Source: Hydrolagus colliei (Eukaryota). From it: DNA of 64,000 nt. Under the pieces are notes generated by a model, which saw only the letters and a program-made list of their open reading frames with translations, made no database searches and had not been told where the DNA came from. The stretch lies in the NCBI GenBank assembly GCA_035084275.1, contig CM068752.1:13020001-13084000 (forward strand), given 5' to 3'. Position 1 is the stretch's first letter, and every line of letters begins with the position of its first letter. Position numbers and translations under genes: made by a program. Of this stretch, positions 1-12,651 are shown piece by piece.

Positions 1-751
1 AGGTCATTTCCCTTTGAAATTAGAATATTGTTTGGAGGAGACAACTAGTCATTCTTGATACTTTTAGATTACCTTCTATCCTGGGTTTTATTGTAAAGAG
101 GCTTACTAGCAATTGCTGGCATAATTTTGTTGTGTTAATACAAACTGCACATTTCACAAGAAAAACCAGGCCGCTGTACTTTGTGGTGCTTTCCATGCAT
201 ACCTACAGAGTACCACAAAAACTCCTGATTAAGGATTATCAATCGATTGGATTTCCTCCCCCAAATTGCTTGTTTTTCTGTTTTATCGCCTCTCCTTTGA
301 GGGGATTGAATAGCTGATATCAGAAGAGATGTGCGGACATTTATTGTATTGAGGTGGGGTAGGAGGATTGTCCTGGGAGCGGAGCAAGACATATTTTGCT
401 CTTACTGTCTATGTACTGTATGTATGTAACCTTGGAAGCTATTTGAATTGAAAGAGAATGTTCTTTGGACCCAGTATGAGTCAATGTGTGTTTCATAGGT
501 CCTTATGACAGCTATTAATGAGCATTGTGTACATTTTGCGAAAAGACCATCAAAACCAAACCTTTTGATTCCTAGTGATTAACCCAGTAGAGTAATTTAA
601 ATAGATATTTGCCCAAGCTTTGGTACCTGTAGTACCAGAGTTTAGTCACCAGGGGGATTACATGAGCCTGCCTTTATCGATACCTATCCCGAATGGCGGC
701 TGCAATGGTGATCATTTGTAATGTTTGTACACCTTGTTGTTTTGCTTGCAG

Positions 752-831
752 GCACAGTGTTTGGAAGCAGAGATAATTTCCACGGGTTAGGATTGTTCAT
801 AGACACGTATCCAAATGATGAGAACACTGAT
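752..831 (+). CDS. lman2: LMAN2 exon (DTYPN lectin loop)
   Basis: ttgcag|GCACAGTG...AACACTGAT|gtgagt; 80 nt. Confidence 0.95.
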
Positions 832-3800
832 GTGAGTATGGGCTGGTATCCCACCTGTTTTTCCTTCCTTTATAGATTCTCTGTGATGTCTACCTCCTTG
901 TTCAAGGTTTTGTGCTTTTAGTTATAATTATAATAATAATTTGACGTAGTACCCTATCACGTCTTTAGGACATCTAAAAGGGCTTCACAGAATACATTGT
1001 AACGTGAGTTGGAAACTTGCCTAACATTTTGCCCTGACCGAGAATCAAACCCGGTCCTCTCACTTGCAAATTTTGTTACGAATGCTTGTTTTTCTTCTCT
1101 TTACTCTTATTTGGGATATTATATGGAAGTGGTAAGAGGAATTAAACAAAGGCTCCATTCCTCAGTTACTCCTGCTGAAGAGTGCACTCAAAGTGAGTGT
1201 GGATTTGGCCTTGGTCTGCAGTTACATTCACTGCTAAGTCTTGCTTCTGAAGTGTAGCCACGAGTGAGGTATTGGAGAGCATCATTTACCTATTGAAGTC
1301 CCCCAGGGAGTCTGTCTCTTCAGGAAAGGGCTTCATATTCTGTTATAGTTCTTTGGAGTCCTTTAGCTCAGTGGTTAGAGCACGCGCCTTACAAACGAGA
1401 GACCTGGGTTTGGTTCCTAGCAGGGCGAAACATTTTCTTACACTGCATGCCTCTGTTTACCTAGCAGGACTGTTTGTTATTGAATTAGTGCATCTCTTTT
1501 CTGGGGAAAATAATTCCTTTTAAAAACAAAATGTGGTCACTCAATCCAAGACTGTTTGTGGGACACTACTGTGTGCAATTTGCTGCCGTGTTTCGCCCAC
1601 AAAATATACAATCAATTCACTTTACATTTTATTCTGTGAAGCGCTTTGAAACATCTCAAAGAGACAATAAGGTGCTATGTCAGGTGCGAGGGTTATTATT
1701 ATTGTTATGATAAATGTTATCACCCTGGCTTAGTTGATGACATTCACGCCTCTTGAATCAGATGATTGTTGATTCAAGACAGTGTTAGAACCTTGAAGTC
1801 GTATCATCCAGGCTGACACTCCGAGGCAGTGCTCGAAAGGCACGACAGCCTGCATTCAAGAGAAGGGAGTTTCTCCCATGACATGGTCAACAGGCCATTT
1901 ACTTCATGGTTGCCAGCGCCTTGGGATGTCCCCCCGAAATGAAAGGCTCTCTATAAATGTGTGGAGTAAGGAAACTTGCCCAGCGTTTCGCTCTGCTGAG
2001 TATCAAACCCGGGTCTCTCTCTTGCGAGGTGAGCATTCTAAACTCTGAGCTACAGGACTCCATAATTCTGAGTTAGTTGATCTTAGCCATTGATGCTACT
2101 GTTAGTCTTTGTGTCCCCTGGGAAGGAAGGAACATATGGACGCACGTAAGCTATAGTGTTTATTCTGACATTTTATTAAATTATGGCAGCTCTTTATCGC
2201 ACTAATCCTATTCTCTTGCCTTTTCTCCAAATCCCCTAGTTACCTGTCGTATCTCCCTTGCCTCAAATTAATTCTCTATCTATTGCCATCTGGTGTAACA
2301 GCTTTACTGAAGAGGGAATTTAATCTGGATCATCCTTAATTAAGGGTAGAGCGAGATGCTTGGTGTTTGAACTCTTTGAAGTGATTTTTAATTATTGTCT
2401 TCTGAATGCAGCGTGCCTTTCCTTACATTTCGGCAATGATTAATAATGGGTCCATGAGTTACGATCATGGCAAGGATGGACGGACATCGGAACTTTCTGG
2501 ATGCTCCTCAGAAATTCGAAATGTGGACCACGATACTTACTTGGCAATTCGATACTCCCGTGGCAGATTAACAGTAAGTGGCTGGGGAGAGGGAGGAGAA
2601 ATGGTTGTTGTGTCTGTGAGCTTGTGCTGCAGCAGGTGTGTTTGAAGAGAACCCAGGTTTGGGGCCATTTTGAAACCTCTAGGGATCAGATGAGTGAATA
2701 AGAGAGAAGAGAGTCGTTGGGTCTGAGAAATCCGTAAAACGTCAGAATAAATTGGGAAAATAAATAGGAAGAAGAGCCTGAGGTGCGAGTTTCACTTAGA
2801 AATAGTAAGAATCTGCAGTTTGAATTGCTTTTTAAGCATCCCACAAACAAGCAAATAGTGGCAGGTGTAGCAATTGTTTTTGTCGTCAAATACAACATCT
2901 ATTTTTGCTCCCAAACAACCATGAGGCTGTTTCCAAAAACAAGCATGAGGTGAATAACTAATGACTGAAAGATTGTTGGCCAGTAACTGGGCAGGCAGTT
3001 TTTAACTGTCTAAACTTTTTAACAGCCTTGTTCCTCCCTACCTCTGTGACCTCCTATCCCCCACCAATCTGCCTGCTCCCCCTGCTCAGCGGGCTCCGGC
3101 CTGCTTCACACTCCCCGACTAGCCCACCCCGCCATTGGTGGGCGGATCTTCAGGCTCTCTGTCTCCACAGACTTCCCTTCGCTCCTTCAAGACCCATCAC
3201 AAGACCCTCCTCTTCGACCGTGCCTTTGGTCACTCCCTACCGTCCCCTCCCTCCACCATTCTCACCAGCTCGGATGCGGATCCCTGACTGTCCAGTGCCT
3301 TAGGACGTCTGACTTGAAAGGCACTATATGAATGTAATTTCTTGTTATCTTATTTTGTACTGTTCATGTCTATTTCAAAATCATGCATTCCTGTTAAGGA
3401 TGCTTGGCATTGAGCTAAGAATAGTTTAAGATGATGGAGCCAGACTTTGAGCATCTTTTGTAACATATACACAATATTCGGATGGATATTTGGAGAGAAA
3501 GTACTGGATACACTGAATAATGCGGGATTCTACTCTGCGGCTTCCTTGTCTATGAATTGAAACTTCAAAATCAGCAGCTGTTCTGAAGCCAAGTGTGATG
3601 ATCAAACAGTTGGAAATGATTGTACGTGATTCTAATTCCTTTAATTTCCCTTTTAAGATGGTGGGCAGGCAGTCTGTCACCAGGTCTCTGCCAATTGTTT
3701 TCTTGGGCCAGTTGCTGAGATTTCCTCCTTGCTCTTCCACTGCCACCTGAAGAGCTGGCTGACCTTTTGTGCCTCTCTAATGGCATGTTTTGATGCTTTA

Positions 3801-6800
3801 CATATCAGGCGTGGAATCACAGTTGGCTCAGCATCCTGGCCACCTGTGCAATGCCATGCAGTTGAACTTTCTGCCAGCTATGAACTGTTTTACTAATCAG
3901 CTGCTAGGGCCAAAGAACCCGGCATTGTGGGAATTCATTCCGTAGTTCAACCTTAGTGAGTATTTTATAAAGGTACGTTTTCTGGAGTTTAGCTTGTGAG
4001 GCAGCATTCTGATTTCTTACTTCCCTTCTTGATACTTGCTTATTTCTTACATTTACACCGCAAGCAGAACTATCGGTGACTTGTCCTCATTGGATTGAAA
4101 TCCTATACTGTTCAGAGTCTCATAGCTAAGTCTTGTCTCCACATTAATTGGGGTATTTGATATCCATTATCGGGCATATTGTTGATATGGAAATCTTGTT
4201 CCAAAATCAGGCCATCACACAAAATACAATGCGTTAAACTAACCATTAGTACTTTGTGGTTACCTATCATTACAGTATCAGGTAGTGCCATGGTCAGTTT
4301 CTTTCACACGCCACATTCGGGGCGTGTGAAAGAACGCCCCCACCCCGCCACAGTACTCCCAACATGCATGAGTCTGTGGATGCAGCCCTTTGTCTGTCTT
4401 TCTGTTTCTCTGTCTCTCTTTCATCTTCATTCTTTCTTGAGTTCTCTGCCTTATTTTTTCTCTTTCTTTCTCTCTCTTGCTTTCTGATCTTCTTGTTCTC
4501 TTCCTTTTCAACCATTCCCATGTTTTATCTCTCTCCTCCCCCACCTTGTATTCTCTCTTTCTCCCTCCCTCCCTCCTTTGTGTTCTCTCTCCCTCATGTT
4601 TTCTCTCTTGTGCTTTTCTCTCTCTCGTGCGTACCTGCTCACTCCCTGTGCACCTGCTCCCCGGTAGGTTATTTACCACAGAGGATAGTAGGGATGGAAA
4701 GGAATAACAGCTGAACCCGATTATGTTCAAAAATGCACTTTTCAGTAGGCGTTGAGTGCAAGAGCGAAAACCCGGGATGAATTACATTCTTTTTCTTTCT
4801 CCTCTCTGAAACTGGGTGCGATTATAGCCCGTGGTGCTGCCAAAGCTGGGCTTAGTTACTTCAGACTAAGGTCCGGCGATATATCGATATATAGCTAAAA
4901 CCCGATATAATTTTCATATCGATACGCCGATGTAGACATTTCGAAAAATCGATATATCGAGGTAAAAAATTGGAATGCGCGCACACTGAACTACAAGACC
5001 CAGAATGCTCATCTCTATACACAATGCACAGACCGAGGTGCAAAGCCGCCATATTGTATTCATAGTCCTCGAATATAATATACAGGGGGTATGCAAGGGG
5101 TGGGGGGGGGAAGAGAGAAGGCTGGGGGAGGGGTGGGAGGGGGAGAGAGACGGCTGGGACGGCGGTGGGGGGGGTGAGAGAGAAGGGGGAGGGGGAAGAG
5201 ACGGCGGGGGGGGGGAAGGGGGGAGAGGGACGGCGGGGGGGGGGAAGGGGGGAGAGAGACGGCTGGGGGGGTTGGGGGGAGAGAGAGATGGCTGGGGTGG
5301 GGGGGGGACACAGCGGTGGGGTGGAAAGGGGGGAGAGAGACGGCGGCGGGGGGTGGGGTGGGGGGAGAGACGGTGTGGATGTGATAATATACAGATAGAT
5401 AGAGATGGGGGGGATGTGAGAGAGACACAGAGAGAGAAAGATATTTACCTCCTGAGGATATAGGCCCCGAACGCGCGCGCACACGTAACGCGCGCGCATG
5501 CGCAGTACGAAAAACCCGGAAATATCGATATTTCGGTATATCTCGATATGAGCCCATCGATATATCTAAATCGGAAAATTTCCATATCGACGGACCCTAC
5601 TCCAGACCAGACCAGGATTCAATCCTGCCACCTTGTGGACTATGTTGACGTTTCATTGTAAGATTGTAATTGGGAGTTCATAAAATCCAACCTGTTTCAC
5701 TCCGCCCTGCCTGGCTTCCTGTGCTGAGCTAATGGCCACCTCTCTGAATCGTCAGGTTAACACTGAGGTCATTTACTGTTGGCTGCATATGTGCAAAACC
5801 AGTGACCTGGAAGATGCCTTTTTTTAAATATACCTTTATACAGTGAATGGCTCCACGTTACAACTGTGTTATAACCAAATTTGCGCTAAAATAATGTTCT
5901 TACTGTAATAATAATTATCCTTGCATTTGATACAGAGCTTTTCACATCTTCTAGATGTTTGAAAGCGCTTCACAGAATACACAGTAAAGTGAATTGACTG
6001 TATATTTGCAGGGGAAATGCTGCAGCCGATTGCACACAACATTGTCCCACAAACAGTCATGGATTGGGTGACCAAATTATTACTTTTTTCATATATTTTA
6101 TTTCGTGAGGAATTATTATTAAGTGTATGGAGGAAGGAAACCTGCCTAATGTTTAACACTGCCTTGAATTGAACCCGGGTCTCTCACTTGCGAGGCGAAT
6201 GCTCTAACCACTGAGCTACAGGATTCCACTACAATACAGTATAAAATTATATTTGTATAGCACCCTTCATGTTGGTTGGATGTGCCAAGGTGCTGGACAG
6301 TCACAGATTTGGACCCGAAAAGTAGAGATGGGTTGTGGTCCGGGATGGTGGAGTAGGAGGGTGGCTGAAGGCGCAGTCAATGAGGAGAGTCTTGGGATGT
6401 GCCTTGAAGGAGGCAAGGGACGGAACGAGGTGAAAGGAATGTGGGATAGAGTTCCAAAGAGTGGGGGTGAATCACTGAAGGCCTCACTGCCGATGGTCGG
6501 ATGTTTAATGTTGCCCTCAGTGCTATCTTTACTCATTTGGGTGTCAGAAAGACTATTGTCTCCATAGCTTATACTTTGTTTCTCATTCTTGCAGGTGATG
6601 ACTGATGTAGAGGATAAAAACGAGTGGAAAGAATGCATTGATATCAGTGGGGTTCGATTGCCAACCGGCTATTATTTTGGGGCTTCCTCAGCCACTGGCG
6701 ATCTATCAGGTAACAAATCCACTTATAAACTTTCTGCACTGTTTTCAAATTGAATGTTTGTGAATAGAGCATTATTTGTGTTCTGCAAAAAGTTGTGTGG

Positions 6801-9800
6801 AATTGCATTTATTGTCGACCTTTTAGGGGTGGGGATGGAGTCTACAGAAAGTAAATTGGAAACTCAGTGTTGAGGATAATCAGAAGAGTGAAAAGCTCTA
6901 TGTAATGCAAGGATTATTATTATTATAGACTAGGGAACGGCGATGTATCGGTTTTTTGATTAAACCCGATATGATTTTCAGATCGGTATGCCGATATGGT
7001 GATTCTAAAAAAACTGTTATATCGAGAGATTCGATTTAAAAAATATACATCGTTATATTTTTAATATCGTTCCTGGCAATATATCAATATTGTTGGTATT
7101 ATCAGTGTAATGCGATCTTTTCCAGCTTACCTTGTCGCCGGCATTGCAACCTCCTAGACCTAGAGCATGGAATGCGCGTACATTCGGTGCGCGCGCACAA
7201 TTAACGGGCGCGCACATCCGATGCGCACGCACACTTTACTGTGTATACTCAACGTGAGTCGTGGCGTCTTAACAAAGTCGCATCGCTGAAAATTGTAGTT
7301 TGAAAATTTACCTTTCTCATCATGGGGAAAAGAAGCCCCGTATGGGACTATTTTGAAAACAATGCAGTCAGTAATGGTGTGTATAGATGTACAGTTTGCA
7401 AGGTCTTGGTTAAGACATCTGATTCGAGCACGAGCAAACTGCGACAACACATTAAGCAGCACCACCCCGCCCAGCACGCTGCCCTCAGAGCGAAATCATT
7501 GTCGACAACAGCAGGAAGTCGAACCAGCGCTTCGGAGAAAGCGACAGGTAGTGGGGCCAGTGCAGCTCAAACAATTCCTGCTTTATTTAAGAGGAGAACA
7601 TTGTACCAGAGAGGGGACAAAAAGTGGCAAAGTATCACGAACGCTGTCACTTTTTGCATAGCAAAGGAGAGCTTGCCAATGGCGAAGGACATTAATTCAG
7701 ACTTCAGACTACATAAAAATAAGTGGCATTTTGTGGCTGTAAATGTTATTTTTGTGTGTGAGAGAGTTAGAAGCCAGATTATCACTGCTTCTGTGTGTGT
7801 CTAGTCAGACACATGTTTGTGAATAGAGCATTATTTGTGTTCTGCAAAAAGTTGTGTGGAATTGCATTTATTGTCGACCTTTTAGGGGTGGGGATGGAGT
7901 CTACGTGTGTGTCTGACTAGACACACACATAGAAGCAGTGATAATCTGGCTTCTAACTCTAACAGTCAGACTGTCTGTCTCTCTCTTTTCTATTGTAATA
8001 GATCTCATTTACACGTGGACATTACATGCTAGTTTCAAGCAAGAAATGGAGGAGAATAAATCTCTAGATTTTGTTTTTGGTGTGTATGTGTTCTATTTTG
8101 TGTTTAGAGATGGAGGGAGAGAAGGAGAGGGGGAAAGTTGGGAGAGAGGAAGAGAGGAGAGGGAGGGAGAGAATGAGAGGGGAAAAGGAGGGAGAGAAGG
8201 AGCGAGGGGAAAGGAGAGAGGGGAGGGAGGGAGGGAGAGAATGAGAGGGGGAAAGTTGGGAGAGAAGGAGAGAGGAAGAGAGAAGAGGGAGGGAGAGAAG
8301 GAGAGGGTGAAAGGAGGGAGAGAAGGAGCGAGGGGAAAGGAGAGGGAGGGAGGGAGCGAAGGAGAGGGGGAAAGGAGTGAGGGGAAAGGAGGGAGAGAAG
8401 GAGAGAGGGGAGGGAGGGAGAGGGGGAAAGTTGGGAGAGGAAGAGAGGAGAGGGAGGGAGAGAGAGAAGGAGAGGGGGAAAGGAGGGAGAGAAGGAGCGA
8501 GGGGAANNNNNNNNNNNNNNNNNNNNNNNNNNNNNNNNNNNNNNNNNNNNNNNNNNNNNNNNNNNNNNNNNNNNNNNNNNNNNNNNNNNNNNNNNNNNNN
8601 NNNNNNNNNNNNNNNNNNNNNNNNNNNNNNNNNNNNNNNNNNNNNNNNNNNNNNNNNNNNNNNNNNNNNNNNNNNNNNNNNNNNGGAGAGAGGAGAGGAG
8701 GGAGAGAAGGAGAGGGGGAGGTAGGGAGCAAACAACATAGTATAATTCAACAGACCTTGACACCAACATTACAAACTTTCTGGACCTAGAGCACGCATTT
8801 CGAAATGTGCGTGCACCGCGACTGCGCGCGCATCGTCAGTGCGGACGCACCGCGACTGAGCGCGCACCATAAATGCGCGAGCGCCATCAATGCATGCACA
8901 CTTCGAATGCACGCGCATGCGCAGTATAAAAACTCGATAGATCGGTTTAAGCAGGTATGAGCAAACCGATATATCCATATCCGGAAAAATCCCATATCGC
9001 CGTTCCCTATTATAGACTAGTCTAGTTTTCTCTTAGTGAGGTGCCGAAAGTAGTGATGTTGCATCTAATCCATTTCAAATTTGTAAAATAATTGACTCGC
9101 CCTAAATACTTTCCTACAAGGTGTGTTTTTAGTTTAAGTACACCAATGATAGAATTACCATGAGAAAGAATTCAGAATAGTTGCTGCATGTGGTTGGAGT
9201 GATACTGTATAATAGGGATTATCAAATGCCTGAATTTTTTTATGAAGAATTATTATTATGGCTAAATTACCCACCATCCAGCTGCAAATTAACCGATTTG
9301 CCAGGTCACTTATTTGAAACGTACCATATATTAATAATGTAATCTATAAATAATGTACATGTTAGGAATAATCCTGCATTTTGTACAGCACTTTTTACAT
9401 CAGGAGCATGTCTTAAAGCGTTTCACAGGATATATTTGTAAAGCAGAGTCACTGAGTAGTGGAAGATGAACGCGACAGTCAATTTCTGCTCAGCAATATC
9501 CCACAAATAGCCATGGAAGTCAATAACTCATTTTACTGTTCATGTTTCTCAGATAACCATGACATAATCTCCATGAAGCTTTACCAACTCACAGTGGAAC
9601 ACACACCAGAGGATGAAAGTATCGACTGGACAAAAATCGAGCCTAGTGTAAACCTCTTGAAATCTCCGAAAGGTGAGAAGTGTTTTTTTTTAGTTTTCGG
9701 GGTGGGGGAGGGGTGAGGGGGTGGTCTAACTTCAGCAACATCAGTGAAGATGTGGTGAAGTATAACAATAAATTGTTTTGGATCAGACATTCCCAAATGC

Positions 9801-12651
9801 TGGAAGACATTGCATATTAGAATTCTGGATTCCTTGCTCCTTGACTTCAATTTCTGTGCATTTCCCCACAGTCACAGATGTTAAATTCACAAGCTCCGTC
9901 CTCTGATACAGGGAGATAGGAGGAGTTCAGGGTGTGTTACATTGCAAGAATAGTTGAGCTACACTTGAAGGGAGAGGTTCACCATTCACCTGTTTCTCAC
10001 TGACGAACAGAATTAGACACAGTGAGGAAATGGCTCCAGGGATGAACAGTGAGTGTTATGAGATATAAGAGGAAATTGATTGAGGATGACTGGCGCAGCA
10101 AGTGTGATCAGAGGAAATGTGGCAAATGGCCATTTCACCCACAAATATACAGTCAATTCACTCTACAGTATATTCCGTGAAGCTCTTTGAGATGTCTAGA
10201 AGATGTGAAAAGAGCTCTATCAAATGCAAGGATTATTATTATTTAAGTGGAGTTCGCATGGTTGCATTTTAAAACTAGATATTACTCCAATTGTGATCTA
10301 ACTAAAGTGTAGCTTTACCATTTGGCTTTTGTATTATATGCTGCTCTTTATGAAACGTGGAATTCCAGTAACTTTCAACAGCTGTAACAAACTGTTGGGA
10401 GGCCGGCCCAGTTGATTCTATAATAACAAGAAAATTAGATTTGGGGAGCGCCTTTCATATCGGGGGAATATCCCAAGGTGGTGGACAGTCAGGGATCAGT
10501 ACCTGAGCATGGGGTGGGGGGGTTGCAGCAGGGTTGTGATGAGGGAGGGTGCGGCTGAAGACAGTCAAATAAGTGGTCTTGATAGAGGCAAGGGAGGGAG
10601 GATTTATAGGGTGGAGTTCCAAAGCGTAGGGGCAGAGGCTGAAAGCCCGGCCACCGATGGTAGGGCAGATTGGGCGGGAGTCATGGAGCAGATCGAAGCT
10701 TGCTGAACGGAGAAGGCAGACAGGTTGATAGGGGATCAGGAAGGGGCAAGGCCATGGGGTTTGAAATTGAATACGAGGATCTTGAATTCGATCCTCTGAG
10801 TGATGGGGAGTTAGTGGAGCCGGGTGAGGATGGGATTGATGGGGTTGCGGAGCCTGGTGTGGGATGCAACTGGATCATACTGCTCTCACGTCTTTTAAAG
10901 TACCATTTAATATATATTTTATTTTAGTGCCTTTGGCTATACAACCATTCCCCTTACCCATTCTGAATGTCGAGTGCCTTGGGATGTCCTCATGATGTGA
11001 AAGGCTCTATATAAAAGTTGACATATTGTGGAGCTCCTGTAGCTCAGTGGTTAGAGCACTTGCCTTACATGAGACCTGTGTTCAAATCCAGGCAGGTCAG
11101 GGCGAAATCTTGGGCAAGTTTCCTTACTCCACACGCCTAATAATAATCCCTCAAAAAAAACACAATAAAAATTGGTCATTTTCAATCCACGGCTGTTTGT
11201 GGGTCACTGCTGTGCACAATTGGCTGCCACGTTTCGCCCACAAATACAGTCAATTCACTTCACAGTATATTCTGTGAAGCGCTTTGAGACGTTGATAAGA
11301 TGTGAAAAGCGCTATATTAAATGCAGTACAGTAAAAGCCCGTTTATTCGGCACGCTCGGGTGGGGGGTGGTTGACGAATTGACTGTGCTGGATAATAAGG
11401 CGGCAAGTTGCCGAAAACCCAACACAAAAAATGTACTTATTTCAAAACATACTATATTAATAATATAATAAATAGTAACAGAATATTGTGTAGCTACTCA
11501 CCAATAAAGATTTCAGCACACTTGGTAAAAAAGCATTTTTTTCCGATCGGTAAAAACCTCCAGGTTCGTAAGTTTAATAAGTGTGCATGCGCACACATTG
11601 CGCGCATAATAATCCCCCACAAAAAACACAATAAAAATTGATATTTTCAATCCACGGCTGTTTGTGGGTCACTACTGTGCACAATTGGCTGCCACGTTTC
11701 GCCCACAAATATACAGTCAGTTCACTTTACAGTATATTCTGTGAAGCTCTTTGAGACGTCGATAAGATGTGAAAACCGCTATGCTTTTGCGCGCATGCAC
11801 AAATTGAGAATACTCGCGATTGCTGGAATGGGGAATTGCCCCGGGAGAGGGTCAAGCAATCCGGTTAATCGGGTCATGGATAAACAGGGTTTTACTGTAT
11901 TATTATATTGGGAATATTGGACAAACTGGTCTATAGTTACTTGACTTAATGCTTTCTCCCTGTGGGAACAGAGACATTGCATGATCATATTTGGGTCAGT
12001 TTTCCCCTTCCCATCCTGACTCACCAGTTACTCCAGTCACCATAAGCAGCACTATCTGCTTTGCAAAGATGTGCAGCAAACAAGAAGTGACATAAGGAGA
12101 TACCTGCAAGTTGGGCTGTTTTTTGAAGCTTGTGAACTTTGCTCAATCATGTCCATCATATCTGAGATTTGATGGATTCCAACCACTGTGTTACAGTCAA
12201 GTTCCACTTCTTTATCCCTTCATCTCGCTTCCTCCCTTTCCTCCTTCGAGGCCGGTCTCAAGATCTTCCTCTTCGACCGTGCCTTCTGCTGTCCTTCTAG
12301 CTCTCCCCCCTTTCCTACTCTCCGTCCCCCTGTCCCTTCCCCCCCTGCTTGGGTCCCGACCTAACGGTTCAGTGCCTTGGGACATCCTCACGACATGAAA
12401 GGCGCTCTATAAATGTAATTTTGTTGTTGTTGTTATTATTCTGCCATTGCACATCTAATTTCTGGATGTATTGTCTTCCTTGTCTTCCAGATAATATAGA
12501 TGATCCCACAGGGAATTTCCGTAGTGGTCCGCTGACTGGCTGGAAGGTTTTCCTGCTGCTGCTCTGTGCCCTCCTTGGAATCGTCGTGTGCGCTGTGGTG
12601 GGGGCTGTGGTTTTCCAGAAACGCCAGGAACGAAACAAAAGATTTTATTGA
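752..12651 (+). CDS. lman2: VIP36 / lectin mannose-binding 2, 5'-partial spliced CDS (last five coding exons)
   Basis: Exons 752-831, 2412-2573, 6595-6709, 9553-9672 and 12491-12651 (80/162/115/120/161 nt), all AG..GT and phase-compatible. They translate to [51 protein letters not shown]...[24 protein letters not shown]...[41 protein letters not shown]. Exon sizes and the KRFY tail match LMAN2 as recalled. Exons 1-3 lie upstream of the window. Confidence 0.96.
2412..2573 (+). CDS. lman2: LMAN2 exon (RAFPYIS...RGRLT)
   Basis: atgcag|CGTGCC...TTAACA|gtaagt; 162 nt. Confidence 0.95.
4867..5599. mobile_element. Non-autonomous hAT-type element (MITE) with G-rich core
   Basis: TIRs TAAGGTCCGGCGATAT / ATATCGACGGACCCTA; 8-bp TSD cttcagac/ctccagac (7/8 match); subterminal (A/C)CGAT repeats. 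Confidence 0.85.
6595..6709 (+). CDS. lman2: LMAN2 exon ([14 protein letters not shown]...TGDLS)
   Basis: ttgcag|GTGATG...CTATCAG|gtaaca; 115 nt. Confidence 0.95.
7322..7804 (+). CDS. Truncated hAT transposase N-terminus (BED zinc finger), 160 aa
   Basis: SPVWDYF...CTVCK...[13 protein letters not shown], then [15 protein letters not shown] typical of Ac/ZBED1-like transposases; no catalytic domain follows. Confidence 0.75.
   Translation: MGKRSPVWDYFENNAVSNGVYRCTVCKVLVKTSDSSTSKLRQHIKQHHPAQHAALRAKSLSTTAGSRTSASEKATGSGASAAQTIPALFKRRTLYQRGDKKWQSITNAVTFCIAKESLPMAKDINSDFRLHKNKWHFVAVNVIFVCERVRSQIITASVCV
8108..8720. repeat. Polypurine GA minisatellite with assembly gap (N 8507-8684)
   Basis: Units like ggagggagagaaggagcgaggggaaa. 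The homologous array at ~39730-40348 has gaps at 39767-39944 and 40146-40306. Confidence 0.95.
9553..9672 (+). CDS. lman2: LMAN2 exon (DNHDIISMK...LKSPK)
   Basis: tctcag|ATAACC...CCGAAAG|gtgaga; 120 nt. Confidence 0.95.
11329..11897. mobile_element. Tigger/pogo-type MITE (CAGTAAAAG family)
   Basis: TA|CAGTAAAAGCCCGTTTAT ... ATAAACAGGGTTTTACTG|TA. Confidence 0.85.
12491..12651 (+). CDS. lman2: LMAN2 last coding exon (TM and KRFY tail)
   Basis: ttccag|ATAATATAG...TTTTATTGA; TGA at 12649-12651. Confidence 0.96.

Larger units (their letters stand above)
6931..9009 (+). mobile_element. hAT deletion derivative with BED-finger ORF, copy A (LMAN2 intron)
   Basis: TIRs TAGGGAACGGCGAT / ATCGCCGTTCCCTA; perfect 8-bp TSD TTATAGAC (6923-6930, 9010-9017). 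Confidence 0.95.

Noticed and set aside
4861-5557. Long Pro-/Gly-rich ORFs on both strands
   Set aside because: Stop-free artefacts of the G-rich core of a hAT MITE
7938-8789. 200-290 aa Glu/Arg/Gly or Ser/Pro/Leu ORFs (also at 39557-40502)
   Set aside because: GA minisatellite plus N-gaps; no coding signal
752-12651. Novelty in LMAN2 itself
   Set aside because: Exon sizes, lectin motifs (DTYPN, YDH, GDL) and the KRFY tail are all canonical
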